A stretch of DNA of 64,000 bases from Syncephalis fuscata S228 (Eukaryota > Fungi > Zoopagomycota): positions 310,001-374,000 of the forward strand of contig JAHLTZ010000006.1 of NCBI GenBank assembly GCA_025786725.1, given 5' to 3'. Within the stretch, counting starts at the first letter, position 1. Each line of letters starts with the position of its first letter. Below are positions 28,301-42,267 of this stretch, piece after piece. A model generated the notes under the pieces. It did not search any database, was not told the origin of the DNA, and saw only the letters and a list, made by a program, of their open reading frames with translations. Both the position numbers and the translations under genes were made by a program.

Positions 28301-31300
28301 CAGACTCATGTCGATCTGGAAGAACAAGCCACATCTAATCTTAACGGACTTGCTCAGCCGATCACGTACACAGCTGACAATGATTTGTACAAACTTTAGT
28401 GCCTTTAGGTGTTGATATTAACAAATTTAATCCTATTGGCTATTTTGGCGAATATCATACAATTCTTGATAAGATCGAGGCCAATATTCGTCGCGTAGAG
28501 AAACAAATCAATACATTGCAGCCAACAGTATCAGTAAAACCATCAGAAAACCAACAAATACTTTTACAACTTTATCTGGACCAAGTCAACGCATGCAAAG
28601 ATGATAGCTATGAACGTTATTGCTGGGACAGATCATATTACAATTTGCGAACGCCACTTAGTACTTCTACTAAGGTTGAAGAAAGCGATGATTTTATTAA
28701 GGCAAAAAAAAAGCTTAAAGAACTTGAAGCTCGTCGCGATTATTTTATTTCACATAATGCAAAACGTTATATTGAATTATTTCCAGATCAAAAAGAAGAC
28801 CAGTTAAGCAAGCGGTATAGATCGGAATATGGATATAGACCATACAACATGCACGCTATCAATCCTACGGTAGTTGAAACAAAGGAAAAACCAGAGATTC
28901 CACAAATATTTGCGTATACATTACCAAATATTACCTCAGGTGTTATTAGAATGTCTGTATGCCAAGAAGAGCAAGATACTTATTATGGCCTATTTAATGC
29001 CGTATGGAATAATGACATTGCTACCGTAAAACGCCTTACATCCCCTGTAAAACACACATCCGAACAACATTTACTTCATATTGGTGTGTATGATCAAAAT
29101 AGCCAGTCACTACTATCGATTGCTTGTTTACGTGGACATGCTGAAATGGCATCGTTAATTATTGAGATTGCCGACAAACAGTACACGCCAAAAGTTAAAT
29201 CAGAAAAGAATGACCGCAAAGAAAAGGCCATTAATAATTATACTTTAAGAGTGTGTAAGTTACTAGCATTATTATTTAGATTATTGTGATTAACGTATGT
29301 TTTAAACTTGACAAATTAGCTTCCGATAGTGAAGATGATGATGAATACTATAGCGAAGAGAGAATGCTGACACAGGTGATGATGATGATGATGAGGACGA
29401 GGATGAACTTCAAAGAATACGGGACCATGACTTACCAGAAGTGCCATATAAGCCATTAGTCAATCATATGCTTCCAAAGAATTTGCTTACAGGCCAGCAT
29501 AGTATTTATTTGGGCTCTATTCTTCCTGATGGTTGGATTGAATATAATCCAAATCAAAATAATGGTGTAAAGCCTTTGAAAAGTATTTTCAAAGCACTAA
29601 CTCCGTTACAGATTGCGGTAATTCGTGGCGATCTTGAATTGGTTCGTGCTTTATTAAATGCGACAAAGAAGCTTGAAAATGGTAAATATTAACAATAGTA
29701 TGATTAATTTAGACAACTAATTAATGCAATATTTTAGGATTGGATTTGGACACAAAGGTTCAATCAGATGCTGTACAAGCATTAATAAGCAGTGAGCGCG
29801 GCAACTCCTACGGCAATACGGCGATAACGGCATTTTTCTCTACTTCATTAGCGGTGTTGCTTGGACACGAAGAAATTATCGATTTATTCATTGAGTAAGC
29901 ACCCATTAATACAAAATAATTCAATTGACTAATCGCTATTTATGTTCATATATATTACAGAGAATGTGCCGCTGGCGATAGTTTCTCTGGAGTTAACATT
30001 TATCGCGATTGTGACGAGATTGATCCTGAAACTAAACTAAACATTACTGAAAACTACCTCGGACTGAACGTCGACGGAAAGAAGAAGCTAAGCTGGATCA
30101 ACAAACACAATCCGGACAATCGTGATCCAAAAGATTTACCATTATTACACCTCGCCATCTCAGCAAACAATCATCGTAGTATGGCGTATTTGCTTAGTGA
30201 TCGGCCTACCCATGCTCTTCGGCGATTTGCGCAAAAACATCCGCAAGATCGCCGTACTTCAGTGTTAAAAACAGATACCGAATTGGAAGATGCCACAAAG
30301 CGTTTAATAGGGGTGGACTCAATCAACAAGCCAACACCAATCCACATTGCTGTTGCGGCCAATCAGCCAGATGCTTTGCGATTTATAATTCAGCATTACC
30401 AACAACTATATAGTCATGACCCGTCAAAGTTCAAGCAACTGCTTGAATTTAATGATAAGGCAATCTAGTTCGACCTATCTACTTGGCCATTGCTAATAAT
30501 CAACTCGAGTCTTTTGATACTTTAGTTGAATTTGGTGCCAATCCATTGGCTACCTACAAAGGCTGGAACATTGCACATTTTGCTGCGTAAGTATTATTAT
30601 TAATACTTTGTATTATTTAACTAACAATTATTCATTTTACTAGATACCATGACCATCATGAAACATTACGTCACATCGCTAGCAAAGTAACCGCTGATGA
30701 ATGGCGTCAACTAATGTCATCGCGTGCAACTGGCTGTCTTTGGACGCCACTAGCAGTTGCTGTAGCCAAGTCGAATCTTGATGCTACTTATACCATCTTG
30801 GAGCTGTTACCTGATTCAAGCGCACTAAACATATTTGATGCCGACTGTGAGCTACCATTACATTTGGCAATCAAAAAACAGCATTCATTTATTGTCGGTC
30901 GACTTATTGAGGAAATCCGCACACGTCAGCTTTGGGCGCTGCTGAGTGTCGAGAATGGCGCTGGCATGATCGCCCATGAACTTACTCAGCAGTTAGCACT
31001 TGGCACTTTTTGCAATAAGAATCCAGCAACGCCATATGATAATAAGGACATACCAAGTGCAGATGCGCTGTTTGAGATGGTTCGAAATTACAACATTGAT
31101 GAAAGAAAAAGCTATCTTTCAATCCCGATATTCCTACGATACAGGCAATTATGACGCTTGTTCAACCAGAGATTACGCCATTGAACATATCGCGTAAGAC
31201 AATTGAATTGCAGCAGTTACACGAACTGATTAAGGAGGCAGCCAACGATTCACGACGACTTGCGCGTATGCACTATTGGAGCCGACAACATGATAACGAA

Positions 31301-31441
31301 CGCAATATGCCCAAGACACCTTCCCACATTCCTACATTTAACGTTATCTGGCGCATTCAAGCTAACACTCAACCATTGGAAACAGATGATCCAACCAAGC
31401 TACGTTTCTGTGTTCCCAAAATCATTGACATCTACGGCTAG
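25400..31441 (+). CDS. Large ankyrin-repeat protein with N-terminal nucleotidyltransferase-like domain, multi-exon, several frameshifts
   Basis: VFVAGGAV...SDIDLFIYG...IQIILRLY...GFDVDCC; ankyrin motifs GRTPLQLAVLEGH, GRTVLHLAAQQGN, LTPLQIAVIRGD, TPIHIAV, LPLHLAI. Confidence 0.85.
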
Positions 31442-32219
31442 ACACAGCAATGAATGAGCACTATGCACTTTAAATAATAAACAAATGTTTTTTGTATAAC
31501 TTTGGTTACTGTTACGTACATTTTATATACTGATTTCTATTCAATTTTTTATTATACTCGCTATTATACTGAATATATGTTCTATGATAATGAGTAGTTT
31601 TGGTGGTAAAATGCTTTTATTCTTAATTCACTATTGCTTCACTTGTTCTATGATGTACTGACATGTTGGGTAGATTGACTTTTATTATTCACACTCCATT
31701 TATTAATGAATTAAACTCGGCTGTTTATAAATATTGACTGACAGGCTCACATCTCACAATCTACGTCATCACATTTCCTTTCTCTTTCTTCACACTTGAT
31801 AACATGTAACATGCATATACTTGTACACTCCATATATACCATCTAAATAGTGTCAGTAGTTGACTGACTACTAGCTATATACAATACTATTTACACTATG
31901 TACTTGCATTGCTCTTTTGTAATCTGACCTTTTTTACAAATCACTTTCTTTACTTTGATCATTGAAATTAATAGATTTATCAGCATAGTAATTACAATTC
32001 CGGCTTGTTTTGTGTTATTTTGAATATAAGCTACAAAAATCTTGCTATATACTTTGTTTTTTGTTATAGATTGTCATTGCAGATTATCTGGCAACAGCAT
32101 GTGCAATCTTGAACGTAGTAGATCGCACCTTTGCATTGTACAATTACTGTATTTATTATATTTGCTTTTACTTCTCCGCTTATAAACCGATATAGAAGAA
32201 TAAAAGATAATGTGTTAAT

Positions 32220-32350
32220 ATATGTGTACTGAATATATGCACATTGACTAATAGATCTACAATAATAAGTATTTGATCTTTAATATCATTCACCACCCAT
32301 CGTTATGTTCAATAGATTTAATATTATCAAATTTAGTCATTTGATCTCCA
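32220..32350. repeat. Dispersed AT-rich repeat family copy
   Basis: CATTCACCACCCATCGTTATGTTCAATAGATT matches ~3800-3832. Confidence 0.65.
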
Positions 32351-32527
32351 AACTATATCAAGTTGTTGAAATAAGCAATGTAAACGTAATTGTATGGAAT
32401 ATAGCTGACTACAGCGTGTTTAATAATTTATAATGCTCAAGTAAATAGATGTAGCAAATATAAAGCATTTGCGTAAAATAAAGATATACTACTATTATTT
32501 TATTATTATCAGTAACTCATCACATTG

Positions 32528-34305
32528 CTAATGCGTTTTGCAAGCATTGGATAGGTCGCGTTCGATATACTCTTCAATGTGTTCCAAGTATTTGGGCAAT
32601 GGACAAGCCTTAAAGTCGCACCAGTCAGCGGCAAGTGAGCGGCCGTTGTAAATGATACGGATGACGTAGTTGTTAGGATCATTGTGCTTCATGTCTGGCT
32701 TTGGATCTTGCCATAATTCGAAATTAAGTTAGAAGCATAAGGCGGCCAGCGAAGATCCTTGGCAAGTAGTAGTCCAATTAATCCATAAACTGTAGTGTCA
32801 TGCCCAGAAAATAGCTCAAATTTAGGTGTTAATATAGCTGCATGGCCATTGTCGTCGCTAGACACTGTCGAAGCTCCATTAACAGCATTCATTAGACGAT
32901 CACGTAGTTCGCCCATAAAATAACCCAAGCTAAGGAGATTGTGTTCTTTTGCTTCAGGCAATGCACCGTACATCATAGCAACTTCCTCGTTAACGCCTTG
33001 ATTTAATTCATCAACATCGCGGACGGTTAGGCACTCATTGTTAAGGCATGGTAATGTCATGTTGTGACAAACACGAGCTCGGAGAGGGTCCATGTATTTG
33101 GTCCATGACTTCTTATACTTTTCTATACCTCCAGTGCCAAGAATCTTCTCCAAGCGGTCGCGCAGTGAATTGTGGCGCGCAAAGACAGCATGATATTGAT
33201 CTGACTTGCGCATGTTATCTTTAATTTCGTCAAAACGAGGACAGGTATTGTCCTTCCTACTGCGCATTGTTTCCACCTCGTATGGATACACGATAATTGG
33301 AAGTATTTGCGCATCTGCTGCACGAGCATTCTTCTTGGGCCAAACACCTGTAAGGAAAGAAGCGGCTGATTGCTTAGTACGCCACATATCTGTGCTACGG
33401 AAATAGACATTGCCGCCATGTTCGCCGTTCGAAGTAAGGTCTTTTTTAGCAATGGTAGCCGGTAAATATTTAAGCTGATCGACGTAGATTGAGCGGAACT
33501 GTTTGCCTAAATCCATATGTTGACGGGCACCCTTGCTTGTCAACTGTCCGAGAACGCAGCTGCCTTTTGACCAAACTGTATCATTAAAAACCTTTTTACT
33601 TGGGATGACAATGTGTGTACTATAATCAGCGACATCTGGACCATTGAACTGATCAGAGCCCGCCTTGTTGTCGTTTGTGTGTGCGATTTCTATCATATCA
33701 TCGCAGCGCCAGTCAACCAGTTCATTTGGTAAAACGGGCGACTTAGGAACGCGATCTCCATGGCGGATAACCATTTGGAGGTGTACTAGCTTGGCGGTTG
33801 TCGATAGTGGCTTGTATTGCGTGGAATTTGGATAATCGGCCTGACAGTAATCATAGCCGCGAAGCCCAAATTCGCCACCGTCACTACTACCTGGCACGTT
33901 ATTAATATCAAACGTGGCGGTAGATTTGGCCTCAGAAGTAGTAGTGCCATGGATGAGCGCTACTAGGAAGACAATAAAAAGAAACGCCAGAAACGCCATA
34001 CGATATGCAAAAGGTATGTTCATGATATATGTAGCCAAATGGCCAATTTGCTTTTTAGCTTTAAATAAAAATAGCGATAGCTGATGCCGATTATATAAAT
34101 CTCGCTTTGGTGTAAAATTATGTTCATTCTCTATATCTTGGCTATCAAGAAGTAAATCAGAGTCTATAGAGTCTGCTCGAGATACATCACCAGCAGTAGC
34201 AGCTAAAATGGGCTGTCTAGCTGTAGACTGGTTTGAGCTAGCGCTAATAAATTCAGAAAAGGCGTGGCTAGAGCCAGCCACGAAAGCTCCTTGCTCGCGT
34301 TCCAT
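32528..34305 (-). CDS. Histidine acid phosphatase (branch 2), type II membrane-anchored
   Basis: RHGDRVP and SGHDTT motifs; transmembrane helix near aa 100-120. After a frameshift near 32720 it continues ELWQ...VIRIIYNG...WCDFKACPL to the stop at 32528. Confidence 0.93.
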
Positions 34306-35728
34306 GTCTAAGCTAATTGAGACTTTTGGTTTAAAAATATATAGAAGATTACGAGGTGGTTTCCTCGTATTTAAATATACAGTATCGGACTAAGAAACGA
34401 CGTAGAAAGAGAGTATGAGAAAACTAGTTTGGGCAAAGTTGAGCAAAGTCTGTTAAAAGCGATGGATATATGCAATAGGCGGCTAGTGTTACAATGAAAA
34501 CAATTCTAGAAGTAACGACTAACGTGACAAAGCTATTTGCCAGAAATAACCAGATGATACGATGTTTGAATAGCAACAGTATATCCATAATAACAAAGTA
34601 CTATCAATATTAACCTTGTACTGCTATTTTTTAAAACAAACCTTTTGTATGAACCCATATGTTTGTCCATGTTACAAAATTGTATATACCATGTCATTTA
34701 GCAACATAAACTTTAAGAATATTAAATTAAGTTAGGCTATTGATGAGTATTATCAAAAACTAATAGATTATCACACTAATGTAACTGCTTAATTAGAGAA
34801 TTATCCAATATTAAACATAAAACTAAATTGCGATTACTAAAAGATATCATTTTATAGCACCTGATATTTCAATATTAGAATACGCAGCTGCCAAAAAGAT
34901 CAACAAATGGAAACTATAAATGCAGCATACTTTATTTTTATTGCGCAAAATGAAATAAGCTTTTTAATGGCAGTTTATTTGAATATATATATATTTAAAG
35001 ACTTTTATTAGTTGCAAGGTGTATAATTTGCAGATACAAGCTACACATACACAGAAAATAATGCAGAATTTACATGAAAATAAAAATAAAATAGCTAGCG
35101 TATTTTATGGGCTTAAACTTGATAAAATAAATCTTTGTTCAATTTTTTCATGACATTGGCTGGATGTTAATAAAGAATTCTTACTTAGAATTTGGCAAAA
35201 AGCAGCAGTCATCAAGTTAAGCAAATTTGCATATTGCTTACATTGCCTGCAGATTTTAGCATCAAACTACCGCCGCTTGTTTTATTTTTTATACAGCAGC
35301 CGCGGCCACATGGCGTACTATAAAAATAGAACACGAAAATAAATATGACGATTTGCAGCCCGATACAATGTGGTTTTTACTCTAGCTCTTCATATAAAAT
35401 TTAACCAAGCAGGTTCTTTTTTTGCGACAAAAAGCAACTGCAAAGTTTGCTTTTTTTAATGACGATTGTAATGATTCATGCAATAATACCGCCAATAAAA
35501 TTACAGAATTAGAATGATACTTTTCTTTCGAGTAAATCTCCGCACTAGTTCCGTTTAGGATTGGAACAATGGTCAACGTGGCCCCGTTGTCCAGATTGGA
35601 TCAGGCATGTATTTCCAACACACGTGAAGAGATGCATCGTTAAACAGTCCGCTTTATTTTAAAACCACATCCTGTTTGGCAGAAATCGCCCTCTCAACTT
35701 TTTCTTTTTCCTCTTAACGATACAAATT

Positions 35729-36953
35729 ATGATTATGAACTATAGATTATCTTTATTGGCTACCTTCTTGGGCTATATCGCTGTGATTTCTGTAGTATAG
35801 CTATCCGAGTCAGTGCCGAAGACTCTGTTAGCCTTAAAGATTACATTGAACTTTACGAAATTGAAGCCAACTACCTAAACTAAAATATATCAAAGATATC
35901 CGTAGTCACAATATAGGTCAGGCTCTTGGAAGCGCTTTTTATGACGGCCAGCCAGCATTTATAAAATGCACCACTAACACGGAATATCACAATATGGAAA
36001 GCGCCATATTTGATGTAAATATTTTGCATGCAGTAATATTCTAACATATTACTAACTACATAATTTTAGCACCTTGACTCCGTTAATCTTAAAGCTATCA
36101 AAATGACTGAAGCAGATCGTGCTTTGGTTGTTCGTAGAATAGCTAAATTCGAACTAACGCCCCAATCGCCTTGTTTCGTGCTTTCTACGATACCCTCTGC
36201 CATAGATTTGGTTGATTTTATTGGAAATGTACCGCTAAAGAAGCGCTTGAATTCACTTTCATTTATATTGCCCCAATTATTGCGAGGTAAGTTAGCACTT
36301 GCATCATTGCCATTGACTTACATATTGTAAAATTAGCGGTAGCTTACCTTCATCGTGCTGGTGTTGGGCATGGCGATTTAAAGCTTGATAGTAAGTTGAA
36401 TCAACACAATTATTTAGCAAATGCTAACTTGTTTCATCTAGACTTTCTCATTGGTCCTGGCAATAGTCCCAGGGTGCTTCTTATTGACTTTGACCGTTCG
36501 GTCATTTATAATAAAGAACCATATGGAATTCCATATGGCGGCACTCCTGGCTATATACCACCCGAATATTACAACAATAATCCCGATCTGTCGAAACCAC
36601 CAATCGTCAACTTGCAGCTCTACGATTCCTGGCAACTTGGCTGTATCTTTTATGTTTTTCTTACCAACAAGCTACCTTACGGGTTTGAATCAACAAGCAA
36701 AGGTTCACTCTCTCCATTGAATCCAGCAGTACATTTTGCGGCAATGGAAAAACTACTGAAAACAAAAAAGCACACCTATCCACCGGTAAAATATCCATTT
36801 ACAGACCTGCCTCTGGTGGAGAAAATGAGGCTATACGTGCTGGAAATGTCCATGAAGCGTCTAATGACGATTGATGTTAGACAACGATACACCCCCGAGA
36901 GATTGCTTGATTCAAACCTATTCAATCTCCAAAAAGCAGCGATGCGTCAATAA
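35729..36953 (+). CDS. Divergent protein kinase with signal-peptide-like N-terminus (tandem copy 1)
   Basis: Hydrophobic N-terminus, AFIKC, spliced HGDLKLDNFLI, IDFD, GTPGYIPPE, DSWQLG; 5' frameshifts. Confidence 0.8.
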
Positions 36954-37396
36954 TACAGCAACTGTTGGCGATAGTCATAGAAATAAAATTTTGACCGCAT
37001 TAAATACAAAGTTTACTAGCAGTCTTGTTTATATTCATAAAACATGTCCACAATCTAGTATTAATCCTTTTTGTTTATTAGAAACCAAAGTCAACGTCTA
37101 ATCGCTATCAGTATAAATGATGAACTTGGGATTAAGATAAAATCTAAATACTAAGAGTACTACAATAAATTCATCCATATGACAACAAAGCACCTATCGG
37201 GTAATATTCAGATGTTGTCTATTTTAAGAATGTCACTGCCAAAAAGACGCATCTGACACTAGTCCGACTGTAGACCCGTCGGCATAACTAAGCGGTCTCC
37301 ATCCTTGTTTCAGAATTGCGTGTTATCTGTGGATAAATTCCATCTTGAGTAACGCCCGTAACTTTACCTTTTATTCCTCGCATCCACTACTTCATC

Positions 37397-38689
37397 ATGA
37401 AATCTAGATATCCATGTTCATTTATTGCTGTTGCATTCATCGCCATCATCAACACACATGAAACGACTACGCATGCCATGCCCCATGCTCTCGTAGCACC
37501 TATTCAACCACACTTTCACCACTTAGCAATAATGTCCTTACAAATCATAGACAAGTTACATTGGTAACTCGAGCTTTAAACAAAGCAAAACTTGATGTTA
37601 TTGCAGACACACCATTAGCTGAGCTTACTGCTGTGGCGATAAAACAAATTTCTGATTTAAAAATTACTGGACTGGTTCCATCGCCGAAAGATACATTATT
37701 AGTTGCTAAAGGATTTCTCAACAAAATACCTGTTTTTATTAAATGTAATTCAAATTTAGAACGTTATGCTGCCGAAGAAAAAACATTTGCTGTAAGTATT
37801 TACGACATGTACTGTAATGAATTTGATTTATTAATAAGCAATTTATAGCAACTCAATTCCGTTAAACCGGCATCAGCTGAAATAGCGAAATATCGCGACT
37901 TGATTGTTAGCAAACTAGCTAATTTCAATCTGAAAGCCAATGTGCCATGCTTTGTGTTGTCCACTCTTGTTTCGGGAATTGATTTATTTGATTTTAGTGC
38001 GAATTTAATACCTAAAGAACGTATCGCTCTCATGACTGATATATTACCTAAAATACTTCGCGGTAAGCATTACATCATTTATTTTACATCAACACTCATT
38101 TAATACGTTTAGGACTGGCCTATCTCAACGAAGTAAACATTGCTCACGGCGATATTAAGTTAGAAAGTAAGTGAAGCGCAAAGTGTTGAATATTATTTGT
38201 AAACTAACAAACTATTATTTAGATATTCTTATTAGTTACGTGGATAAAGTTTTCAGAATCATGATCATTGACTTGGATCATGCTGTGGTGTTTAAAACAC
38301 CTGAGGGAAAGCCACCAAGGGCACAATAGGCTATCGTTCTCCCGAATCTTACATAGGCCTAGATCCTGTCAACAATCCACCAGTTGTCGATTATTGAAAG
38401 CTGACGCTTGGTCTCTCGGCATCACTATATTCGTCGTACTTTATCGTATATATCCCTACGCTTTCACTCTTACTCCATCGGGAACAACTGTCGAGCTTAG
38501 TCAAAAAGTTACCATTGATCAAATGCAAAATTTGCTAAAAACAAATGAGCGTAGTTATAGAATATCAAGTTTCCTACTGCGTCACTATCACCAGCTGAAT
38601 ATAATCAATTCGAAATGCTGATTAACACAATGGATAAGTTGCTAACAATAAACCCAAAGGACCGGCTAATACCTAAAAGTTTAATTTAA
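37397..38689 (+). CDS. Divergent protein kinase with signal-peptide-like N-terminus (tandem copy 2)
   Basis: MKSRYPCSFIAVAFIAII..., VFIKC, HGDIKLENILI, IDLD, DAWSLG; same intron positions as copy 1; frameshifts. Confidence 0.8.
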
Positions 38690-39307
38690 TCAACTATCTA
38701 ACAAATAGGAATGATAATTAACTTGCAAAAACAAAATATATGGAATAGCAAGTAAAACAAACTTATCTGTAACAAATCATCAGGATGATTTGATTATTTC
38801 GTTCCTTTTACATTCTGGTATGATTACTACCATTCTTTTATTAGTATAAATCAAATAAAGGTGAATTTTTTTATAAACATGATAATATTTGGCTGTAAAC
38901 GATGAATCTAAAAGTCTACTCTCTTTCATTGTACCATATATCTTTATTAATATACTGTAAAATGCATTGACCATACGTTATGACTTCTATGGACAATGTA
39001 CATGATCACATGGCCCATCCCTCCCTCTCTCTCTCTCTCTCGCTCTTTGACCATAAGTTAACATTTATACAATGATTGTAACATCCAAAAATGCGTGCTT
39101 TGAACGGCACTTGAATATAAACTTAATTTAGACATGAATATCCAAAAGTAATCGCTTTTATTCAATTCTGGCTATCATGTAGTGAACCCCGTTATTCTAA
39201 TGCCAAATTTATCCAAATGCCGAATTTTTTGCAAGCTTTACTAAAAACTAAATAGATTGTCTTGATAATGACATACCATTTCTTTTCGCCAAATATCAGT
39301 TATCATC

Positions 39308-40557
39308 ATGAAATGGTTTAGTTTTACGAGTTTATTTCTCTTTAATGTTTTCTGGGTAGATTTTGTTAAAGCAAGTCCAGACTGGGACATAGCAAATAAA
39401 CTACCTAGTATTGTGCAAAATAAAATATCAAAACTATGGCATCCAGATACACGGAATGTACCACAATTAAAAACGGAGACTTGGAAGGCTAGCAAAGACC
39501 ATAAATTATTTAACACCGAAGGTTTCTACAACGGCAAACGAGTTTGGATTAAATGTAATCGCAATCAAGCTCATTTTCAAAATGAAATGACCATTCTACG
39601 TGTAAGTTATTCACTTTAACGGGCAAATACATAGAATAACAATAATAATAACGATAATGCTAATAAATGTATAGAAACTTAAATCAACCGATCCCAGTAC
39701 AGTTAGCACACCTGCCACAGACAAAGATCTATCTACAAGCTATTTGCTAGAATTTAAAACTAGAAATAAAATCAATTGCGTGGTATTTCCCAAAATCCAT
39801 GGCACCGTCAACTTATATCAATATGTTACGTCAAAAACGCTACTACTTCGTATAAAACCTTTATACGAAATTGTATATCTAATAGCCCGTGGTAAGCTAC
39901 CGCTCGTTACCTACTAATATAAGCTACTAACTTTTATATAGCGCTAACCTATTTACACCGATTGAAGATCATGCATGGTGACATAAAGCTAGAAAGTAAA
40001 TACTAATGTTGTGTTAACGATTAAATAGACTAACAAATAGCTCTATTAGATGTACTAGTTATCCCATCAAAAATTTTGCCGCAAAATGTTCAAATAATGC
40101 TTATAAACTTTGAACACGCTATTCTCTTTGACAAGCCTATGCAACGACCACCTATAGGTACATCCGGTTATCGACCACCCGAAGCGTATTTTGGAAAAGA
40201 TCCAATGCTTTATCCGCATGCTGTAAACATGAAGAAATACGATGCCTGGTCACTTGGTGTGCTAATTTACGCAGCACTAACAAATCGCTATCCGTATAGT
40301 GATACAATTGATCCAAAACCGGCCAACGCGTAGCTTGGACGACCCACGATCAAGTATGGGCGATGAAGCACTTGGCTAATGTAGGCAAGCACACTTATCA
40401 ACCCGTACACATTTCATCCATGAAATTAGAAGCAAACAATGACTGGCGAGTAAGCTATCTAGTCGATGCCATGACAAGTTTAATGGCAATCGATCCAACA
40501 AAACGCCTCACGCCCGAAGAATTACTCGATTCCAAAGCATTTAGTCTTTATTTATAG
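39308..40557 (+). CDS. Divergent kinase or pseudokinase with signal peptide (tandem copy 3)
   Basis: MKWFSFTSLFLFNVFWVDFVKA-SP, VWIKC, HGDIKLENVLV, INFE in place of DFG, GTSGYRPPE, DAWSLG. Confidence 0.82.
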
Positions 40558-40835
40558 CTTTTATTAAAATAAGAGCTATTTTACTTTGTTCCTTTAGCTT
40601 CAAACTGGGGCAAAAAGATCCATAACTCGAATAATAAATCATCAATTAGTTTTTACTACTGAGAAGTGTTATTTGTTGTAGTGTCACATCAACTCCAATT
40701 GAACTAATTGGAGATGAATCAGTCTGCACTATTTTCAATATCTGATATCAGTGTTAATAAAATTTAAATAGTATTTCATGTTACTTACAATAAAATACTA
40801 TAACTTAATTACGATGTTGATGCGACAGTGTCAGT

Positions 40836-41230
40836 TTAATTTCTTATAATAGTAGGTGGTAAGAAATTAAAAGGCCTTGGTTCGCCACTGGCCATTGTAC
40901 TGAATATACTGTGCATGTTTCTACTGGCATTAACATCACGCTGCCATACCTTACAACAATTATTGCTTTGGCAAACAAGTACGCTATGCATTGTGCTGTT
41001 GTGTTTTTGCAAATGTAAATTTGCCATCTCCTTTTTCTTGCACTTGGAACAGACTTTGATGTATTGTATTCGTCAATATCTACAATCACCAAAATTCCTT
41101 CTTGCTCAGCAGTTTTGAGCATCTTTCTGCAACGATTGGCCAGTACAGCAACCTTGCCTTTTATAGAAATGGCAAATCGGACAGCTCAAAAGCAATAAGT
41201 GGAATTTTATCATCAAGTGACTGAATAGGT
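40836..41230 (-). pseudogene. Fanzor1 (TnpB-like) C-terminal relic (copy D): RuvC-II, zinc finger, RuvC-III
   Basis: KIPLIAF...KGK...LVIVDIDEYNTSKxCSKC...HSVLVCQSNNCCKVWQRDVNASRNM...RP, with two frameshifts; no RuvC-I seen upstream. Confidence 0.88.
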
Positions 41231-41459
41231 AGAGGCTATGTGCTAGTGTAAATGTTAATAAATCTTGATCCATATTATTGTTACTGTAAAGTATTCAAAG
41301 CATTACAATTTGATATTTAATGCCATTCACCATCCAGTTCCATGTTTAGTAGAACAATAAATGTGTAGTTTAATCAAGCAAAGGATGTCAGCTTTGATCT
41401 TTTGGTACTGAATTATATGAGTTTACTAATGAATTATTTATTATTAGTAAACTATTTTA

Positions 41460-41935
41460 CTTTGGCTCTTAGATTTTATTTACTCATTTCACTTCCTTTT
41501 TCTTAATGCTTTTAAACACAACTAAACATTCATTCATCACTATAGTATGTATAATATTATATCTAATATGAATTAATTCATATGTAATTATCAATACAGT
41601 AATGTAATTAATTAGTTATCTTTATTATTGCTTTAATATATATATATATATTGTCATTTATTTAGTCAGATTGGTTATAAGAAAAGTGGCTGTTTAATAA
41701 ACAACTTTATAAGAATTAATTAATATCGACCCTACATACAATATGCTCAAAATACAATAGTAGAAATTAGAAAATAAAAGAAACTATTCAGATGCAATAA
41801 TCCATGCTGTATATAGATACAATAACAACAAATGCAGAATGACATGGAATTACAATCATATGGCTTCTATTAATATCCAATCAATCTTTCTACACATAGC
41901 CAACAACAACAATGATCAACCTCAAATGTTTCAAA
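41460..41935 (+). mobile_element. Non-autonomous TIR element with Fanzor relic (copy B; right end missing or degenerate)
   Basis: Starts TA|CTTTGGCTCTTAGATTT; colinear with 17860-18345; encodes IHAVYRYNNNKCRMTWNYNHMASINIQSIFLHIANNNNDQP. Confidence 0.78.
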
Positions 41936-42267
41936 CTCAAATAGTATGTTACATTTTTATTTAAATGTTTAATATTATTACTGATACAATGTTCTTTACA
42001 TTTAATTTAATTTAATGGAAATGATAATGTTATTATATATATTAATATTTATTGAAAATAATCATTTAAACACAATTTAATCAAATCAAATCATTACAAT
42101 AGATTGTGTAAAATGATTTACTGCACCGGGGGATTAAAGTAAAGTTCAACCAAAATTTATTTATTTATACTCTTCTGTCTCTTAACATCTTTGCCGTCTT
42201 ATCACTATCGTGGTTATTGCTGTCCATATCTTCATCTACGCGCAGCTAGTTCATTGTCATCGCTATC

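Noticed and set aside
40836-41230. Intact active Fanzor gene
   Set aside because: Only ~130 codons; RuvC-I and the N-terminal lobe are absent.
42125-42148. GGGGATTAAAG|TA as the right TIR of Fanzor element B, and TTCAA as an IS200/IS605-type end
   Set aside because: Weak match; the preceding ~190 bp does not align with A or C, and copy C lacks TTCAA.
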